A stretch of DNA of 63,902 bases, the filler included, from Octopus bimaculoides (Eukaryota), in NCBI RefSeq assembly GCF_001194135.2. It is 6 parts of 6 records of this genome, joined end to end, with 100 filler letters (N's around TTAATTAATTAA, not from the genome) between each part and the next. Parts side by side here need not be neighbours in the genome. Positions count along the whole stretch, not along the records: positions 22,076 to 52,807 come from NC_068982.1; 5 more parts are not named here. One strand, given 5' to 3'. Both the position numbers and the translations under genes were made by a program. The notes under the pieces were generated by a model. It saw nothing but the letters and a program-made list of their open reading frames with translations, was not told the DNA's origin and did not search any database. Of this stretch, positions 22,540-34,159 are shown piece after piece. Numbering within the stretch: the first letter of the stretch is position 1; each line of letters opens with the position of its first letter.

Positions 22540-23261
22540 AGTGTGAATTTTCTGAAACTCCTCCAACCACTCAGAGAGTGTAGTGGGTGATTTTTATGTA
22601 CCACTGGCACAGGTGCCAGTAAAGCAGGCCTGGCAACGATCACATTCGGATGGTGCTTTATACGTGCAACCGGCACAGGAACCAGTATGAGGGTACTGGT
22701 ATCGGTCACAATTGGTTGGTGCTTTTTACGTGCCACTGGCACCGAAGCTAGTAAGGTGGGACTGGCAACGAACACGTTCAGATGGTGCTTTTTTAAGTGC
22801 CACTGGCACAGGGGCCAGTCAGCGGTGTACTGACATTGGTCATGATCAGTTGGTGTTTTTTACGTGTCACGGCCACAGTAGCCAGTCAGGCGGACCTGGC
22901 TTCGACCACATTCGGATGGTGCCTTTGACGTGCCATCGGCATGGGAGCCAGCAAGAAGCCACCGGCCCCAGCTCCTGTCATTGCCTCTGTGAGGCCCAAT
23001 GTTCGAAGGTCATGCTTCATCACCTCATCCCATGTCTTCCTGGGTCTACCTCTTCTACAGGTTCCTTCTACAGTTAGGCAGTGGCAATTCCTCACACAGC
23101 TGTCTTCATTCATACTTAACACATGGCCATACCAGTGCAGTTGTCTCTCTTGTACACCACATTTGATGCTTCTTATGCCCAACTTTTCTTTCAGGGTGCT
23201 TACACTCTGTCGTGTATGCACACTGACATTACAGATCCTTTACTAATTACTCCAGCGTACA
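22540..23261 (-). mobile_element. RTE-clade LINE 3' end with a tandem array in its tail
   Basis: ORF 22886-23221: SVSTLKEKLGIRSIKCGVQERQLHWYGHV...RGRPRKTWDEVMKHDL (RTE/BovB-like C-terminus); the tail motif CCAACCACTCAGAGAGTGTAGTGGGTG is shared with 24470-24500 and 34495-34520. Confidence 0.9.
22586..22952. repeat. Six-unit 66-67-bp tandem array with alternating A/B variable halves (about 133-bp higher-order unit)
   Basis: Conserved block GGTGCTTTTTACGTGCCACTGGCAC-N4-GCCAGT ends at 22620, 22686, 22752, 22819, 22886 and 22952. Confidence 0.9.
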
Positions 23262-23846
23262 NNNNNNNNNNNNNNNNNNNNNNNNNNNNNNNNNNNNNNN
23301 NNNNNNNNNNNNNNNNNNNNNNNNNNNNNNNNNNNNNNNNNNNNNNNNNNNNNNNNNNNNNNNNNNNNNNNNNNNNNNNNNNNNNNNNNNNNNNNNNNNN
23401 NNNNNNNNNNNNNNNNNNNNNNNNNNNNNNNNNNNNNNNNNNNNNNNNNNNNNNNNNNNNNNNNNNNNNNNNNNNNNNNNNNNNNNNNNNNNNNNNNNNN
23501 NNNNNNNNNNNNNNNNNNNNNNNNNNNNNNNNNNNNNNNNNNNNNNNNNNNNNNNNNNNNNNNNNNNNNNNNNNNNNNNNNNNNNNNNNNNNNNNNNNNN
23601 NNNNNNNNNNNNNNNNNNNNNNNNNNNNNNNNNNNNNNNNNNNNNNNNNNNNNNNNNNNNNNNNNNNNNNNNNNNNNNNNNNNNNNNNNNNNNNNNNNNN
23701 NNNNNNNNNNNNNNNNNNNNNNNNNNNNNNNNNNNNNNNNNNNNNNNNNNNNNNNNNNNNNNNNNNNNNNNNNNNNNNNNNNNNNNNNNNNNNNNNNNNN
23801 NNNNNNNNNNNNNNNNNNNNNNNNNNNNNNNNNNNNNNNNNNNNNN

Positions 23847-23908
<62 letters not shown>

Positions 23909-24364
23909 ACACATATGTATATAGATCTAATACATGCACCATACATATCATATATGATAGTATACATGCATATGTGTGTGTATGCCAGTGAACAAAACTC
24001 TCGAACTTTAAGTCTCTATGACTTCTGCTGGTTATAAGTATTAAAAAAAAAAAGCATATTTACTCATGTTTTAAGTTCTGTTTCCCTGTTCACCTCAACA
24101 TACATACATACATGCATACATCCCCCCCCACACACACACACTTGTGTGTGTGTCTGATAGATAGATAGACACTCACAAAGTCTCTTGCATTATTAGCATG
24201 CACACACATACACTGCATTATGAATACAGAGAAAATTATCTCAGCAATTAACCTCTATATATATCCATTCCTTTATTTATCATATTGCTGTCAACTAGAA
24301 TAGTTGGTGTCTCTGTTGGTTCCACATTGGGGAAACACCTCTTCTTTCCATTTATTATCCAATA

Positions 24365-24600
24365 TCATCATTTAATGTCTGTTTGACAGGAGTTGGCAAT
24401 GTAGAGGACTTCATCAAGCTCTATTGTCTGCTTTGGCATGGTTATTACAACTGGATGCCCTTCCTAATGCCAACCAATTGACAGAGTGGACCTGATAGTT
24501 TTTACGTGGCACCAGCTGTGACAAGGTCCGCTTTGGCATGGTTGTTCCAGCTGGATGCCCTTGCAAATGCCAACCAGGTTACATAGTGGTACCAGCACCA
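24365..24600 (-). mobile_element. RTE-type 3' tail fragment with an internal duplication
   Basis: CTTTGGCATGGTT..GGATGCCCTT..ATGCCAACCA occurs at about 24431-24477 and 24532-24577; its reverse complement matches the RTE tail at 34495-34640. Confidence 0.7.
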
Positions 24601-25024
24601 ACAAGGTCACCAAGTAACTTGCAAGACAGAGATCCCTTGAAGAGGATAGGGTGTATTGAAGGAGGTAGTTTTGTGCCAGATGATGAGAGGTTAGAGTATG
24701 GCAGAGAGACAGAAACAGGTGTTGTGTTGTAGAAGGGATATTTGGTTGCTCCACTCAGAAGGAGAGAGTGAGAAAGAGAGAGCAAGAACGAGAGAGATGG
24801 TGGCAAATTACTAATCATCACTTAACATCCACTTTTTCATGCTTGCATGGGTGAGACAAATTTAACTGAGGCAGAATTTCTATAACCAGATGCCCTTCAT
24901 TTCACCAACTTGCACCTTTATTTTAGCAAGGTAATATTTTCCGATAGCAAGGCATGTTTTTCACAAACAGCTGGAAATTAAAACTTGGGAAGGAATTTGC
25001 ATTAATGAACATCCATCTGTTTCT

Positions 25025-25450
25025 GTTTCAGGTGAGAATGTAGTCCCACCAAATTGATAAGAGATCAAATGGCGGCCAGGTTTTCTGAAGTTGGTATTGC
25101 AAAGCAGTAAATTATTTGCATCACAAACTCCAGCTGCCTTATTCCCTCCTCATTTCTAGAACTAAAGCCATAATCTACATGTACACTATGAAATCCATTG
25201 AAGTCACCTGTCACAATGAGCAAGTCATTGGCTTTCATCGCTGAGGTAGTTTGCTGAAGGGATCCATAGAAATGGTCCTTCTGAACATCTCCAAGTCCAA
25301 CATTTGGAGCACATGCAGAGATAAATGACACTGTTACAATGAGCAAGAGTATTCTTAGCTAAATAATCCCCAATCACCTTATCCACCCATTTTCAACCAG
25401 AAGAATACCTACACTACCTGCTCCATCACTTCTGCCCACCCAGAAAAATT
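25025..25450 (-). pseudogene. RTE LINE AP-endonuclease domain fragment
   Basis: ORF 25065-25346: SACAPNVGLGDVQKDHFY...LLIVTGDFNG..GFSSRNEEG, the YAP / GDFNG / RNxxG motifs of RTE APE. Confidence 0.85.
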
Positions 25451-25843
25451 TGTATCTATGTTCCTTGCCCACAAGCATTCTAACTAAGGTTCCCTTCCAT
25501 TATACCTTTTGCACACAGCACACATCTACATGCCTCTGCTCAAGTATTTTGATAATCTCACCCGACCTACCTCTCATTGTGCCAAAAGTGATTCTGGTAG
25601 CTCTGATCTTGGATGGGGGGGGGGGGAGTTTTCAGCATCTGAAAAGAAGAGCTCTACAGTCACTTGCTTGGAGGAAGTGTGTTTTTGTGCTTAGTGTAAG
25701 TAGGTACTGGTTACAGCATGAATTACAATTACAGTTTATAATTTCAGTTTCCTTCAGTCCTGTAAATCCTTTGTGGGTAAGCATCTGCTAATAGGTGCTG
25801 GGAGGAGATAAAGCTGGGAAAGAGGAAGGGGAAATTTAATATA

Positions 25844-25906
<63 letters not shown>

Positions 25907-26463
25907 ATTTAAGATATTCAACATATACAGTAGAAGTTAAATATATAATTATTTAAAACAGTTTGATTTGGACCTGTGCAGCTTAAAGTTTTGTAGGCTT
26001 GTTACAGGAACCTAGTTCATTGGGTTCAGGTGACCAAATGGAGAGATGTAGGAAGTTTAAAATGGTTGTTGGAAACTGGATTTCTTTTGTTCAAGATAAG
26101 TCAAATATTATTGTTGGAAATTGTAATGAAAGTCCAGTGGCATGGAATCCTCTATGCATGCTAATTAGAGGTTACATCAGCCATGATCACACACACATAC
26201 AAATATCAGAGGCACACATATATACATACACACACAAACACATGAAATGTAAACTCATGCACACATGGACACCTGTTCGTCCTGATAAGTATGCATAAAT
26301 TCATATATACACAGATAGATACTGACATGTGCATACACTCATACATCAGACATTCATATGTGCGCACACACCCATACATGCATTCCAATCATGTACGAGC
26401 ATAAACAAGCATATGGCAGGTCTAGTGCACATGTATATATGATCCGCTTACGCACACCCATGT

Positions 26464-26625
26464 ATACACACAGACATAGTTCATGTGCACCTGTATCCAC
26501 AGTCATACACACACACATACACACAGACATAGTTCATGTGCACCTGTATCCACAATCATACACACACACATACATACAGACATAGTTCATGTGCACCTGT
26601 ATCCACAATCATACACACCCTAGCA
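26464..26625. repeat. About 54-56-bp minisatellite, 3 copies
   Basis: CAGACATAGTTCATGTGCACCTGTATCCACA(G/A)TCATACACAC is repeated three times. Confidence 0.9.
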
Positions 26626-27139
26626 AGCACATACACACACACACCATCCAGCTAATGTTACCAGACCTCACCCATATAACAGCATATATATACACATGCA
26701 TTCCACACACACACACACAGTGTAGATGCTCATGCATGAGCATCAGACACACACATTCATATAGCAGACATACACACACACGCACACACACGCATGCACG
26801 CACACATACACAAATGTAAAAACACACCCTCACCAGCTATCGATGTCACTGAAGTTCCTTCAAATACTATCCAGACAGCAAGGCACCACCAGCTTCCTCT
26901 CAAGCCACACAGTCCAAATAAATGCGGATTGGGATCTCCATTTTGATGGATTTCAGTAATATTCCAACACTATTTCCAACAACATCATGTGACCCACCTT
27001 GACCAATAGAAGCCCAGTTTCCAGCAGCCCCCTTGGATTTCCTAAATTGTTCCATTTGGCTACCCAAGCCTGATGAGCTAGGTTCCTGTGCTGAGCTTAT
27101 GAAACTTTAAGTTGCATGGGATTGAATCAAATAGTTTTA

Positions 27140-27182
<43 letters not shown>

Positions 27183-27209
27183 ACATGGCCTAATAGATTT
27201 TTGCCAAGT

Positions 27210-27410
27210 ATCATTTTGTTGTGTCTAGAGAGTTATGCCAATATTATTAACACACACACACACTGGTTCAATTCCACTCTTTTATTAGTCAATTGGTTAA
27301 ATATCCATCAAACAGTTGATTAGTTAGTTGGATATTTAATCAAATTACTAATAATAAAGAAGTGGAATAATATTGGCATAATGACTCTCCATAGGCACAA
27401 CAAAATTTGA
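27210..27410. repeat. About 200-bp fold-back element interrupted by a short (CA)n
   Basis: TTTTGTTGTGTCTAGAGAGTTATGCCAATATTATT versus AATAATATTGGCATAATGACTCTCCATAGGCACAACAAAAT; inner ATTCCACTCTTTTATTAGTCAATTGGTTAAATATCCA versus TGGATATTTAATCAAATTACTAATAATAAAGAAGTGGAAT. Confidence 0.8.
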
Positions 27411-28014
27411 TTCAACACATGTATTCACATAAAGAATCTTGGAAACCAGATATAAAAACAAAGTAGAATATCTCATCATTTCTTTACCTTTTGGGCTATA
27501 TAGCTGTCCTTTAAATGTTTCATATTAATGAAGATAAAATAATGCAGTAATCATCTGTTTCTATATAAGATGATTATATATACATATAAATATTTGTAAT
27601 TAATTCTATATCTCTATGAGATTCTGTATAACTGTATGTTCATTGATCAGTGTGTGTGTGTGTGTGTGTGTTTCTGAGCACTCACGCACACAAACATTGA
27701 TAATAAATTCTAGCCTGCCTGTCAGTCTATCACTCATATGTGCATACATACAAATACCTACATGTATACATCATGCACATGCTATGTATGTATATGTGTG
27801 TGTGTGTTATCATCATTGTTTCAACATTTACATTTGCATGATCCTCTGGATTTTTTTGTTAAATTTAGTACAGTTAAAAAAGAGTTCTTTTTGTGGCATA
27901 TCTACTTATAGAAGTTGGTATGTATGTGTGCATGGATGTGCCTGCATGTTTGTGTGTCTAATACACACATACACACATATTTACATGCATAAACATACAC
28001 ATGCACACATATAC

Positions 28015-29020
28015 TTTTACTGGTTTCATTCAGATGTTATGGCCATGCTAGGGCAACTCATTTTTATTTCACACTCACTTCCCAGCCCACACTTTGGAAT
28101 TGTTTCTGATAGAGTGGCAAGTTGGGCAAAGCAAGTCTTTCTTTTTCCTACCACAATATATGTTCATCTGGTACCTAATGAAATTTTCTTTAAAAGCATC
28201 CACATCTACACACTGCATGTCTCTAAGGTTGTTTGGCAGAGGGTTGAAAAGTTGTGGGCCCTTGAGATCTAAGCTGTTACAGTACTGTGTACATACTGGT
28301 GACAGAGAGGACAGAATGTCTCTCACAATACAGTGGAGTCGAGTTTGGTGTTTGGTATCGCTTTCAATCTCAAAGTTGGGCGTTAGACCTTCCAAGATCT
28401 TCCATATTTTTGTATCTTCCCCCTAATGAGTAAAATCTGAGTTCCTTTAGCCTTTCTCAGTAGTTCATCCGTTGCACCGGTTCAATCTTCTTTGTGTAGT
28501 GACATTGGATTGCTTCAAGTTTGGTTGTTATTTTGATGCTTTGTGGTGAACACATTTGGAAGCAGTAGTGTAGGAGACTGAAAAAATGTTCTCCATAGGA
28601 GTAGCATAGAATCCTTTTTCCTTGTTCTGAATGATCTTGAACTGTGCTGCAATTTTTGTCATATGCACATAAAATGTTGCATCATTACTCGCATGGATAC
28701 TCAAGCCATGCACCTATCTGACTCTGGGACTACTCCTTGGTCATGTATATTGGGATTGCAATCTATTTGTGGACCAATAGAAGAGTGCTTGAAATTTTCT
28801 AGCATTGAACTATATCAGCTGACTGTATATTGCATTCAGGTCTTTCTGCAGTTTTAGGGTGTCATCAGGGACCTTCACAGCTTGTAATACTTTGTATCAT
28901 AACTGGTGAAAGTGGCTGACTATAGATTGTGGGCAGAGGGTTGACAGCATTAACACAAAGAGTAGTGGTCCCAGAAGTTTTAAGCTGACCATTGTATTTG
29001 GCAATATTCAGGACTCTTCA
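28015..29020 (-). mobile_element. CR1-group LINE, decayed RT 3' part and 3' tail
   Basis: Pieces LGPLLFVLML, LQKDLNAIY..FNARKFQAL, ELEAIQ-like, KIWKILEGLTPNFEIE, YCNSLDLKGPQLFNPLPNNLRDMQCVDVDAFK; many stops and frameshifts. Confidence 0.75.
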
Positions 29021-29204
29021 GACTTGGAGTATATCTTTGTATGTGTATGTGTGTGTATATATACACACACACACATACACAGACACACACACCACATATA
29101 TAAATCTATATATGTATGTATGTTTGTGTGTGTGTTGTTAAGAAGTTGTTATGTAATTTTGTTAAGCCATGATTATATATATATGTATATATATATATAT
29201 ATAT

Positions 29205-31110
29205 CACAGCATATCTCCAAAGGTCTCGGTCACTTGTCATTGCCTCTATGAGGCCCAGCGTTTGAAGGTCATGCTTCACCACCTCATCCCAAGTCTTCCT
29301 GAGTCTACTTCTTCCACAGGTTCCTTCCACTGTTAAGGTGTAACACTTCTTCATACAGCTGTCCTCATCCATACACAACACATGACCATACCAGCACAGT
29401 CATCTCTTTTGCACGCCACATTTGATCCTTCTTATGTCCAACTTATCTCTCAGGGCACTTACACTCTGTCGTATATGCACACTGACATCACACATCCAGC
29501 GGAGCATACCAGCTTCATTTCTTTCAAATCTATACATGTCCTCAGCAGTCACAGCCAATATTTCACTGTCATGTAGCATGGCTGTTCGCACACATGCATC
29601 ATACAGTCTACCTTTCACTCTGAGTGAGAGGCTCTTTGTTACTAGCAGAGTTAGGAGCTCCCTGAACTTTACCCAGGCTATTCTTATTCTAGCAGCTATG
29701 CTCTCAGAGCATCCACCCCTGCTACTGACTTGATCACCTAGGTAACAGAAGCTATCAACTACTTCTAGTTTTACCCCCTGGCATGTGATGAAATCTGTTT
29801 TCTGTACATCTTCGATTTTATTGCCCCTGTGCAATTTACCACACACAAAAAGTATCTTCCCAGTTAACCATCCTTTGATATTGCTGAACCTCTTACACCA
29901 GGTACATCTTATAGAGTTTCTACCTACACTTTTTCCACAGATCGAGCAGGGTCATCTACCTGAAAGGGTTTGTGATTTGTCTGCCTTCCTACTAACTAGG
30001 ACTTTGGTTTTTGCTAGATTGACGCTAAGACCCTTCGATTCTAGACCGTGCTTCCACTCCTGAAACTTCTTCTCTAGTTTTGTAATGACTCAGCTATTAG
30101 AGCAAGGTCATCAGCATAAAGGAGCTCCCAGGGGCAGCCTGTCTTGAATTCCTCTTATTGCCTGGAGGACTATGGTGAATAAGAGGGGACTGAGGACTGA
30201 TCCTTGGTGAACCCCTACTTCTACCTGGAATTCTCCACTATACTCATTGCCAACCCTCACCTTACTGACAGCATCCCTATACATGGCTTGAACAGCTCTC
30301 ACCAACCACTCATCTATCCCTAGTTTCCACATTGACCAACAGATAAGGGATTGGGGGACTCTGTCAAAGGCTTTCTCCATGTCAACGAAGGTCAAGTACA
30401 GAGGTTTATGTTTGGCTAGGTATTTCTCCTGCAGCTGTCTTACCAGAAATATAGCATCAGTGGTGTTTCTCCCTGGCACAGACCCAAACTGCATCTTGTC
30501 TAAACTAATTCTCACTCTAATTAGTTGGGCTATGACCCTTTCCGTGATTTTCATCACCTGATCCAACAATTTGATACCGCTTTAATTATTCCTATCTAAT
30601 GCGTCACCTTTACCTTTGTAGCAGTTGTTTATGGTGCTACTACACCAGTCATTGGGTATGACTCCTTGTATTACCTGGTTAACTATACGGGTGACTGGAC
30701 AACAGCCTACACCACCAGATATTTTAAGCATCTCAGCAGTGATTCCTGTTGGTCCGGGGGCTTTCCCTGTCTTCATACACTTTATTGCTTTATCTATCAA
30801 GGTACTGTCAATTCAAATAGCTGGTCCCTCTGTTGGGTCGACATTTGGCAGACTCACTTTCTCCCATTCATTCTCTTCATTTAGCGACCTTTCATAGTGG
30901 TGTCTCCAAGTCTCTCTCTTTGCAGCATCATTAAGTGCAAGTGAGCCATCATCCATGCAGACACATTTCTCTCCTATGACATCACGATTCTCTCTCACTG
31001 TCTTGCAATACGAAACACTTCAAGTCTCTGATCCTCCACGACGCAGAACATTGGCAAATTTTTTCTTATCTGCTTCCCCTCTGGCTAAGTAAGTCTGTCT
31101 CCTAGCTTAC
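29205..31110 (-). pseudogene. RTE-clade LINE reverse transcriptase region, frameshifted
   Basis: KAPGPTGITAEMLK; QFG..GRNTTDAIF; FVDMEKAFDRVP; GVHQGSVLSPLLF; ELLYADDL; FCYLGD; RGRLRKTW-like C-terminus. About 1.9 kb. Confidence 0.95.
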
Positions 31111-31766
31111 TATTTAAGGCCAAAAGTGGTGTTTTTAGCAAAATATTAAGACAATATTTGTAGCGACTGAAAATTGTTAGAAGAGAAAATGGCGGATCGG
31201 CATGTAAAAATTGTGTTTGTTGGGGCAATCAGACACCTCACGTCTGACATTCATTGTCGACCAGGAGAATGAATTTATAAAAAAATATATCAGATATTAC
31301 TATTCTTTAAAATTTTGACAGAAAAAATCGTGAACACCAAGTGAAAGGCTTAAAATCTAGTCTTGATTGTAACGTACTCTGATTTTTTGGATGAGACAAC
31401 ACAACATATTTATGGTAATATTATATGTCAGAAGTGTCTCTGAAACAAAATTCTTACGATAAAATGTAGCCAAGCGTCTTTTGCTTTGGCTCTCAGTAAA
31501 TTGGTTAGGTTTTGTTAAAAAATTCAAGTACTCTACACTAAAAACATGTAGACAAAAAACACAGATGTTGCAGTTCGGTTGCCATATTTGTAGTTGGTCG
31601 AACTGTTGATGTGATTACTACTACGTCCGCACGCAATCTATAAATAAGCGTTTAACTAATAAATTTGTTTCGGAACCGCTCAGCTTGTATTGATTGGTTG
31701 ATGGTTACTAAGCTTCGTAACCTGTATCTTGGTCCTCTCCGAAAGGTTTTAATTTCATTATATATG

Positions 31767-32407
31767 CAAGGTGCTTGGGCTAATTTTGATGACTTTTTAA
31801 ATTTTTTTTATTTATGACCCCCTTTTCAGGAACATCGTGATGAATTGTCAACTCCGTTGAAGTGATAGTTAAAAAGTTGTCTGATATGGCAGACTGGAAG
31901 CCATCTGAATATTGGAAAAGAGTTACCTGTATGATGATGATTCGCGCTGGGTATGAAAATGCCGACATCATGACTACTGCTCAGTGCTCACTGAACACTG
32001 TAAAGACTGTACGACGTGACATGGAGAACTGTAATGGTGACTACGAAGCAGTGGCCAGCAGAAAAGGACACGCCAGGCGTTCTGACAGCGTGCGCACGTC
32101 CGAATTCATTCAACAGCTGCGGGACAAGGTGAAAGAAGATCCTAGCAAGGGAATTCGGGCTTTGGCGAGAGAGATGGGTGTTGGAGTTGCTACCATGAAG
32201 CTGGCCTTGAGTGAGGACCTTCGCGACTACGCGTACAAGGGCCGCAAGGAACAAAACGTAGCAGCTAAGGAAAACCGCTTAAAGAGGGCAAAGACAGCCG
32301 CTATGAGAGACAACATCGAGGTACCCGCCCAAGGATCCGATGGAAGTAAAGTAGCTCGTTACGAAGAAGGCCGGAACGAAGAAAAAGTAAGCGAGGTGTG
32401 CATTTAG
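31767..32407 (+). mobile_element. 5' part of a Tc1/mariner-superfamily (maT/DD37D-like) element; open ORF 31886-32407 encodes only the DNA-binding region plus an unassigned tail
   Basis: TIR-like CAAGGTGCTTGGGCTAATTTTGATGAC after TA-rich sequence; MADWKPSEYWKR..CSLNTVKTVRR..RRSDSVRTSEFIQQL..EDPSKGIRALAREMGV..MKLALSEDLR (bipartite HTH); no DDD domain. Confidence 0.7.
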
Positions 32408-33777
32408 GTAATAAAATTTGTGTATTTAGGATTTTATATATGCATTAAACGATTGATTGCATTACAGGCAAATAGAGGCGCATCACCTTGGTTATTCAAT
32501 ACTACGGTGACAATATCAATTTGCCTTCTATTCCTGGTAACCAAAATTCTTTCAGAAACTCGATATTTGTTTGAAGGTAATAGATGGTTGTTTTCAAGAC
32601 TCGTCTGTTTGATATTTTCTTAAAATATTAAACGATATTCCACATAAATATAAGGTTCCGATTACATATTCTCCATCTGGGCCGGAACTTCAGATGTTGG
32701 AGCAGACGATCAGTATTTGTTTACGTTGACTGGAATATCATGAAAAACAATTTTAAACGAACATGCACAAGAAAGACCTAAAATATTTATTACAAAACAC
32801 TTGTAAATATCTAATTAAGGAATTGTCTTGCCATAATCCTTTTATCAAGCACACCCTCATCGCTAGTTTACTGCCCCCAATCATTAGCATTTCAAACATC
32901 GTCTGTACATATTCATTTTGATCATTAATCCACCTAGGTTACTGAGAATTTCTCAAGCTCCTTTGATTAAAAAAAAACAGTTTTTATAAAGATATATAAA
33001 GCTGAGTTTTTCAGATTAAACCCAAGTGTTTTCTTTTTAATTATTGTCTTCGCTGTTATTTATAGTATCTGACCAAAAATTTATGTACAGTTTTAAGTTC
33101 CATATCTCAATGAGGAAGAGAAAAGGTTTTTATTGTTTCCTTAATTTTATTTCATTATTCCTATCTGGAAATATGGATTCTTAAACCAGACCTAATAAAT
33201 TTTCTCCTGGTCCTTCTATAGCCTTTTCTTTTCCATGGTGTGTGGGACTTCTATTTCAAAGCTTCGCTATTTTATACCACATTTGGTAGCAGAAAAGGCG
33301 CATATTTAGAAATAAAAATGTATCAGAGCACGTAATATAGGTGTTTTGCATTTTTGGCTGGTGGGGGAAGATGCGTTTTAATGTCCTTAAATACAGTATA
33401 TTGAAATCCTCTAACATACATTAGGGATACTCAATTGTACCTTTCGGTTTTATTATCAGGAGTTCGAAATAAGTCTACCTGTTCTTGTTCACTTGTGAAA
33501 ATAATTTGAGATGAAGCTTGTTTATGGAAGGGAGACAACCGTGAAGTCGAGCGTGTAAAATGGATGTCAAACTCGGTGATTTGTGAGTGACCGATGAGAT
33601 TTGACTACTGTCGAACGATCAAATATCAGATAAGACCCAGTTGCCTCTGTAACTTTCTCTGAAGCAATTTTTCAAAATAGAAAGTTACTTTTGAATGTCA
33701 AATCTTAAACTTGTGACGAATCGGCCCACAGCCGACTGTCTCTTTAAGGACAGTCATGAGTGGTAGTGTCGTGTTAG

Positions 33778-34015
33778 GACTGGTTTCCAACCTGTGGTAC
33801 GGAGCACTTTCGGGGTAATATGCGCTGTGAGCAAGGTTATGCCCCGCACTGACCAGCTGGTGAGGAAGAAACAGATTCAGCCCTCGCATTAAATGGAGTT
33901 GTGTTCTTTGTTGCTTGTTCATTTGTTTTCTACTTGTGATTAAATTGATATCTGATCGAATTGAGTTTTTCTGGAACCAGGTGGTACGCGATCACAAAAC
34001 GGTTGGGAATCATTA
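33778..34015. mobile_element. hAT (Charlie-like) MITE, about 240 bp
   Basis: Ends ACTGGTTTCCAACCTGTGGTACG and GTGGTACGCGATCACAAAACGGTTGGGAATCATTA resemble CAGTGGTTCCCAACC TIRs; flanks contain TTAG; the 8-bp TSD is degenerate. Confidence 0.6.
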
Positions 34016-34159
34016 GATTAGAAGCTAACCTGAGATTAAACACAGGCGATTAAAATTGTGTTGCTTAAATAAACTAGAAATAAGATACATTGTTAACACA
34101 ATTTCCTTACACAAGTCAGTTTTTTTGCCCATTTCCAAACCAGAAATGAAGCTAATATG

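Noticed and set aside
22586-22952. CRISPR array (palindromic repeat with about 31-nt spacers)
   Set aside because: The spacers are not unique (they alternate A/B and are related), the repeats are degenerate, no cas genes are present, and the array sits in a eukaryotic LINE tail.
31190-31270. ATG in good context encoding MADRHVKIVFVG, resembling a small-GTPase start
   Set aside because: No GxxxxGK motif follows and the frame stops after about 27 codons.
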